A DNA stretch of 64,000 nucleotides from an uncultured delta proteobacterium. Its GTDB lineage: Bacteria; Myxococcota_A; Polyangia; Polyangiales; JAFGIB01. The notes under the pieces were generated by a model that was not told the origin of the DNA, did not search any database, and worked only from the letters and a program-made list of their open reading frames with translations. Position numbers and translations under genes: made by a program. The stretch covers positions 160,001 through 224,000 of the forward strand of contig CAVZVA010000002.1 in NCBI GenBank assembly GCA_963778655.1, in the 5' to 3' direction. Positions within the stretch are counted from its first letter, which is position 1. Each line of letters starts with the position of its first letter. This document shows positions 59,429-64,000 of this stretch, piece by piece.

Positions 59429-60244
59429 CTAGCGCGGGCGCGCCTCGGAGCCGGGGCTCGCGCCTGCCTGGGCGGACGACGGCAGGAAGCGCCGCTTGGG
59501 CGTGAGGAGCAGCTCGGCATGGCCGCGCTCGCCCGGCTCCAGCCACACAAAGGTCTGGCTCTCCTCGAACAGCGGGTGCCATGCGCTCACGCGCACCAGC
59601 TCGGCGGCCGGAAAGTTGGGGATACGAAACTCGCCGCGCGCGTCGGTCACGGCGTAGACCGGATGATAGAAGACCACCAGATCGGTGCGGCCACAGGGCG
59701 CGCCGCGGCTGCACAAGATCGAGTCGACCGTGCCAGGCCGCAGCGGTACGCGTACCTTGCTCCCGGGTGGCAAGATGCGCGCGGCGTAGCTCGGGCCGAG
59801 CATGGGCCGGAACGGAAACGCATCGTCGTTGCGCAGCTCGAGCAAGTCGCCTCCCTGCGCGGCGATCAGCGGCGGCTGCAGCCGGCAGCGGTGAATCTGC
59901 ACCGGATGCACCACGGGGTCGCGGGCGCGCATGCGCGTGAAGTCGCTGGCCGCGACCACGATCCCCGACAGAGCTCGGTCGGCGGTGAGCTGAACCGGAT
60001 GGCGGGCGGCCTGGTTGGCCGCGGCGCACGAGGCCGGCTCGGCCTCCGAGCCGGCCTCGTGCAGCGGCCGGCGTCCGAGATCGAACGCAGCGTACTCGGG
60101 CATCCCTGCGCCGTCGGCCAGACGCACGCGCCCGGTGAGCACGCCGACCGGGCCGCTGCGCCGGGACGGGTCGCGCCCGCAGCCGAGCGACGCTGCGCCC
60201 GCCAGCGCCGTCACCCACAGCGAGACGACCAGGGTCCTTCGCAT
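59429..60244 (-). CDS. Lipoprotein with carboxypeptidase-regulatory-like/beta-sandwich domains
   Basis: SLGC lipobox, HPVYAVTDARGEFRI, SAWHP. Confidence 0.7.
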   Translation of the reverse strand: MRRTLVVSLWVTALAGAASLGCGRDPSRRSGPVGVLTGRVRLADGAGMPEYAAFDLGRRPLHEAGSEAEPASCAAANQAARHPVQLTADRALSGIVVAASDFTRMRARDPVVHPVQIHRCRLQPPLIAAQGGDLLELRNDDAFPFRPMLGPSYAARILPPGSKVRVPLRPGTVDSILCSRGAPCGRTDLVVFYHPVYAVTDARGEFRIPNFPAAELVRVSAWHPLFEESQTFVWLEPGERGHAELLLTPKRRFLPSSAQAGASPGSEARPR

Positions 60245-60395
60245 CGCGCGCCATCTTCACACGGCCGCGCCGGCCATGCCACGCGCCCACCACGCCTTTG
60301 GCCGCCGCGCGTGGCCGGCCGGCGCGGCGGCGAGCTCAGCGTCCCATTGGGTTCGCCTGCGTCCGTGCCGACTGCTATCGTCCCGCCACCGAAGT

Positions 60396-60806
60396 ATGGA
60401 TGCGCTGAGCACCGCCATGGGGTTGCTGGAAACGCTGGGCATGCGCGTGGTCAGCGCAGGACCGGCCGAGGTCGTCATCGAGTGGACGGTGAGCCCCGCG
60501 CACCACCAGCCGATGGGCATCGTGCACGGCGGGGTGTATTGCGCCGCGATCGAGACCGCGTGCTCGATCGGCGCATCGCGCTCCGCCAATGAGCGCAACC
60601 CCGACATGGTCGCGGTCGGCCTGGAAAACCACACGTCGTTCATCCGCGCGGTGCGCAGCGGGGTGCTGCGCGCCACGGCACGCCCGATCACGCGGGGGCG
60701 CAGGACGCAGGTGTGGGAAGCGCAGGTCGAGGACGAGCAACGGCGGATCGTGGCCACCGGGCGGGTTCGCCTGCTGTGCGTCGAGCGTGACGCGGCGCTC
60801 GGCTGA
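60396..60806 (+). CDS. PaaI family thioesterase
   Basis: HHQPMGIVHGG..IET, VGLENHTSFIRA, GRRTQVW. Confidence 0.92.
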   Translation: MDALSTAMGLLETLGMRVVSAGPAEVVIEWTVSPAHHQPMGIVHGGVYCAAIETACSIGASRSANERNPDMVAVGLENHTSFIRAVRSGVLRATARPITRGRRTQVWEAQVEDEQRRIVATGRVRLLCVERDAALG

Positions 60807-60832
60807 AGCAGCCCGCTGCCCGCTGCTACATC

Positions 60833-60912
60833 GGGAGGGGCACGCGCCCCTCCAGTCCCATCGGCAAAGCCCGGCCCCGCGGGGGCCCCACCCTCGCGCG
60901 AGGGTCGCTTCG
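60833..60912. repeat. Intergenic REP-like repeat, family B copy 2
   Basis: GGGAGGGGCACGCGCCCCTCC hairpin, CGGCAAAGCC, GCGAGGGTCGCTTCG. Confidence 0.65.
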
Positions 60913-60981
60913 GTTCCGCGTGGTCCGAACCCAGGTCGAGCTTGCGGGCCGTTTCGTTGGGGCCCCACCCTCCCGCGCGGC

Positions 60982-61914
60982 TCAAGTCAGCTCGGCGTAG
61001 GTGACGCCGGTGCGCTCGACCGAGATCTGCCACAGGCGCCGCGCGCTGTCCGCGTCGTGCGAGAGGGAGGTCGAGCGCACCCGCGCCGGTGCGCCGGCGA
61101 GCTCGAATGGGCCGCCCGGGCCGATGTAGTCGCCGCCCCGCACCCATTGGGCTGTGGCCGCGCACAGCGTGGGCCAGGCGCCGCGCTCGGCGGACTGCGC
61201 GATCAACGCGTTGCCGAGCCGATACACGGCGGAGGTGAGGCGAGCGCCCTCCAGCGACGGCCCCACCTGCTGCAGATTGGTGGCGGCGTAGCCGGGATGA
61301 CAGGCCACGCTGATGGCTCGCGCGCCGGCCGCGTGCAGGCGCCGCTGCAGCTCGTAGGCGAACAGCAGATTGGCCAACTTGCTCTGTCCGTAGGCCGCCC
61401 ACTTCTGGTAGTGACGGGCGCCGTCCAGATCCTCGAAGTGGATGCGTCCGATGCGGTGCGCGGTGCTGCTGACGGTGACCACGCGCGCCGCCTCGGCGGC
61501 GAGCAGGCGCGGCAGCAGCAGCCCGGTGAGCGCGAAATGGCCGAAGTGATTGACCCCGAGCTGCAGCTCGAAGCCATCTTCGGTGAGCGCGCGCGGCAGC
61601 GCCATCACGCCGGCGTTGTTGCACAAGATATCGAGCCGCTCGTGGGCTTCGCACACGCGGCGCGCCGCGGCCCGCACCGAGGCCAGGCTGGCGAGGTCGA
61701 GCGGGAGCAGCTCGGCGCGGCCGGGTGGCGCTTCGTCCGCGATCGCGGCCAGCGCTGCTTCCCCACGCCCGCGGTCGCGGCACCCGAGCAGCACCAGCGC
61801 GCCCTGGCGCGCCAAGGCAAGCGCGGCGTGGAAGCCGATGCCGCTGTTGGCACCGGTGACCAACGCGATCCTACCGGCGAGATCGGGCAGCTGCTCGGGA
61901 CGCCACTGCGCCAT
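60982..61914 (-). CDS. Short-chain dehydrogenase/reductase (retinol dehydrogenase-like)
   Basis: TGANSGIG, NNAG, NHFGHF, YGQSK catalytic motif, HPG. Confidence 0.95.
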   Translation of the reverse strand: MAQWRPEQLPDLAGRIALVTGANSGIGFHAALALARQGALVLLGCRDRGRGEAALAAIADEAPPGRAELLPLDLASLASVRAAARRVCEAHERLDILCNNAGVMALPRALTEDGFELQLGVNHFGHFALTGLLLPRLLAAEAARVVTVSSTAHRIGRIHFEDLDGARHYQKWAAYGQSKLANLLFAYELQRRLHAAGARAISVACHPGYAATNLQQVGPSLEGARLTSAVYRLGNALIAQSAERGAWPTLCAATAQWVRGGDYIGPGGPFELAGAPARVRSTSLSHDADSARRLWQISVERTGVTYAELT

Positions 61915-62109
61915 AGCCACGAATCTCGCATGGGTCAGCGGCCGCTGTCAGCTGCCGCGGCTCGAACGCACAGTTGCAGCGCAGGCGACGGAGAATATTG
62001 TAGAGTTAGCGGTCCGCAGACCCCAGGACGGGGCACCTTCGGGCGGGATGTTTTTGTGTACGGCGCGGGCCTACGAGCCACTCGCCGCCATCAGAGAGGC
62101 CCTTCGAAC

Positions 62110-62556
62110 ATGCGACATTACAAGCGGATCCTGTGCCCGGTCGATTTCTCCTCGTACTCCAAGGCTGCGCTCGAGGAAGCGGCCGGCCTGGCGAAGAGCG
62201 TCGGCGCGGAGCTGTGCCTGATCCACGCGTATCAGAACCCGGCGTACGTGCTGCCTATGTCCGGGTACGTGGGTCCGACAGCGGACATGATCGGCAAGAT
62301 CCGGCAGCAACTCGCCGAGGAGCTCGAGGCGCTTGCCGGGCCCTATCGCAGCCAGGGCATCAAGACCGAGACGCTGGTGGTGGAGGGCGTACCCTACAAG
62401 TCCATCGTGGATCACGCCGGGGAGTGGAACGCCGACCTGATCGTGATGGGCACGCACGGCCGCACCGGGTTGGCCCATGCGCTGACTGGGAGCGTCGCCG
62501 AGCGCGTGGTCCGGCTGTCCCACTGCCCGGTGCTGATCACGCGCGCCGAGGCGTGA
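62110..62556 (+). CDS. Universal stress protein (UspA family)
   Basis: ILCPVDFS, DLIVMGTHGRTG..GSVAERVVR..CPVL. Confidence 0.95.
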   Translation: MRHYKRILCPVDFSSYSKAALEEAAGLAKSVGAELCLIHAYQNPAYVLPMSGYVGPTADMIGKIRQQLAEELEALAGPYRSQGIKTETLVVEGVPYKSIVDHAGEWNADLIVMGTHGRTGLAHALTGSVAERVVRLSHCPVLITRAEA

Positions 62557-62557
62557 G

Positions 62558-62986
62558 ATGGAGCAGCTCGCCAACGTTTGCCGCCGGCCGCGGGGCGCGT
62601 GGCTCTTGCCGGCGGCGTGGCTGATCGCGGCCTGCGCTGGCACGCAGGCGCCGCCTCCCGCGGAGCCGCAGCAGACGCAGAGCGCGGCCTATCCGGGCCG
62701 CTGCGAGCTGGTCGGCCTGGACATGGTCGAGGCCCCGACCGATCGCGTCAGCGGAGATACCGGCTCCGTGCAGCTGGTGGCGACCTATCGGGCCGGCGAG
62801 CGCGCGGGCAAAAGTCCGCTCACGCTCTCGTTTCGAGTGAAGCGCGAGCGCGTGGAAGACTTGCGGGCGCAGCTGGAGCAGCACCCGACCGTTCTGTGCA
62901 ACCCGGGCGCCGAAGGCGCCGAGCATGGGGCCGTGCTCCAGGTGCCGCCGTTCGAGGGGCAAGCGGGCACGCCCGGGGCGCAGTGA
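62558..62986 (+). CDS. Hypothetical lipoprotein
   Basis: IAAC lipobox; ATG 1 nt after the usp stop. Confidence 0.65.
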   Translation: MEQLANVCRRPRGAWLLPAAWLIAACAGTQAPPPAEPQQTQSAAYPGRCELVGLDMVEAPTDRVSGDTGSVQLVATYRAGERAGKSPLTLSFRVKRERVEDLRAQLEQHPTVLCNPGAEGAEHGAVLQVPPFEGQAGTPGAQ

Positions 62987-63004
62987 GCCGCGGCGTGCGC
63001 AGAA

Positions 63005-63295
63005 GTGCTCAGTTGGCCGGCTCGGTCAAAGTCTTTGGCAGGAAAGGTGCACCCCTGGGTCACAGAACCCAGGTCGGCCCGCATTAAGCCAGAGAGAGCT
63101 GGGACTGCGGCACCACCCACCCACCGAGTGTCGGGTCTGCGCTCTCGGCCCGGGTAGTATCCGGGACCGTTGTCCCCAAGAAGTCGGCAAGGTCACGGGC
63201 CAAGGACATGGACGCGAACCCTGTTCCCCAAGCGCAAACGGCCATGTTCTTGAACCGCGTCGTGGCGGCTGTTCGGCACGATTCAGACTGAGCGC
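63005..63295 (+). ncRNA. Candidate multibranched structured ncRNA (about 290 nt)
   Basis: Closing helix 63005-14/63286-95 enclosing hairpins 63054-73, 63089-102, 63124-48, 63149-65, 63201-52, 63255-68; G-U pairs favour + strand; terminator follows. Confidence 0.55.
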
Positions 63296-63303
63296 GACTT
63301 CCC

Positions 63304-63354
63304 GTGCGGGGTCAGGCGTCCCCGTCCCGATGCCTGACCCCGCACTTGTTTATT
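63304..63354 (+). terminator. Intrinsic terminator
   Basis: 17-bp stem GTGCGGGGTCAGGCGTC/GATGCCTGACCCCGCAC (one G-U), 8-nt loop, then TTGTTTATT. Confidence 0.85.
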
Positions 63355-63461
63355 AACGGGAGGGTCACGCGACCTCCGGCGTGGCTGGCTGCGGTCGCGG
63401 CCCATCCGGGCGCGCCTGCGTGCACGCTGGGGCGCCGTTCCCGCCTGGTCGCGCGGCGCGT

Positions 63462-63660
63462 GCACCAGACCGGAGAGGCTCAGCCGCATTCGACCACGAG
63501 CACGGCTACGGCTACGGCTACGGCTACGAGTGCGAGTGCGAAGGCCGCGCGGGCCCCTGTCCCCGCCCAGCCGCCGCCGGGCACCAGACCGAAGGCGTTG
63601 AGGCATAAGCGACCACGACTACGGCGGCGAGCAGGAGTACGCGTACGGGAACGGGATGGG
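63462..63660. repeat. Two degenerate 119-bp-period direct repeats containing hexamer runs
   Basis: GCACCAGACCG at 63462 and 63581; CGACCACGA at 63491 and 63610; (ACGGCT)4 run in the first copy. Confidence 0.6.
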
Positions 63661-63738
63661 CTGGGGGGGCGTGCCGAGGCATGCAGCCGAGCGCCAACCG
63701 CCCATCTCCGACGGCGCACATCACGCTAAGCTCTCCGC

Positions 63739-64000
<262 letters not shown>

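Noticed and set aside
63050..63085. tmRNA-like 5' end on the minus strand (GGGCCGACCTGG)
   Set aside because: No matching T-arm or CCA 3' end, and G-U pairing favours the plus strand
63038..63110. Cobalamin riboswitch resemblance (GGAAAGGTGC, CCCGCA, AAGCCAGA)
   Set aside because: No GCCACTG/GGGAAG core or GACCTGCC end, spacing is wrong, and no B12-related gene is visible downstream; cmscan would settle it

Overview
GC-rich bacterial chromosomal segment, inferred to be Myxococcota (Polyangia-like) from a MYXO-CTERM protein, many lipoproteins and an ECF/FecR cassette. About 55 CDS are supportable. They include a complete urea uptake and urease operon (urtABCDE-ureDABCEFG), an Opp/Dpp-type ABC transporter, a UvrD/Rep helicase, a 1.5k-aa Ig-repeat/beta-helix surface lipoprotein and four GT-C-like membrane proteins. 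No tRNA, rRNA, CRISPR array or transposase was seen. The most unusual items are: (i) a minus-strand operon joining YceI, a Tat Rieske lipoprotein, an EF-hand NOX5-like flavocytochrome (one frameshift; an O2-site His replaced by Phe) and an octaheme c-type cytochrome; (ii) two unannotated, heavily base-paired intergenic regions that look like plus-strand ncRNAs (35582-35797 and 63005-63295, the second followed by a strong terminator); (iii) a 171-bp MITE-like element and two families of dispersed intergenic repeats; (iv) a sigma-54 activator with a pseudo-receiver domain. All calls come from reading motifs and pairing bases by eye. No database search or folding program was run, and many start codons are best guesses.
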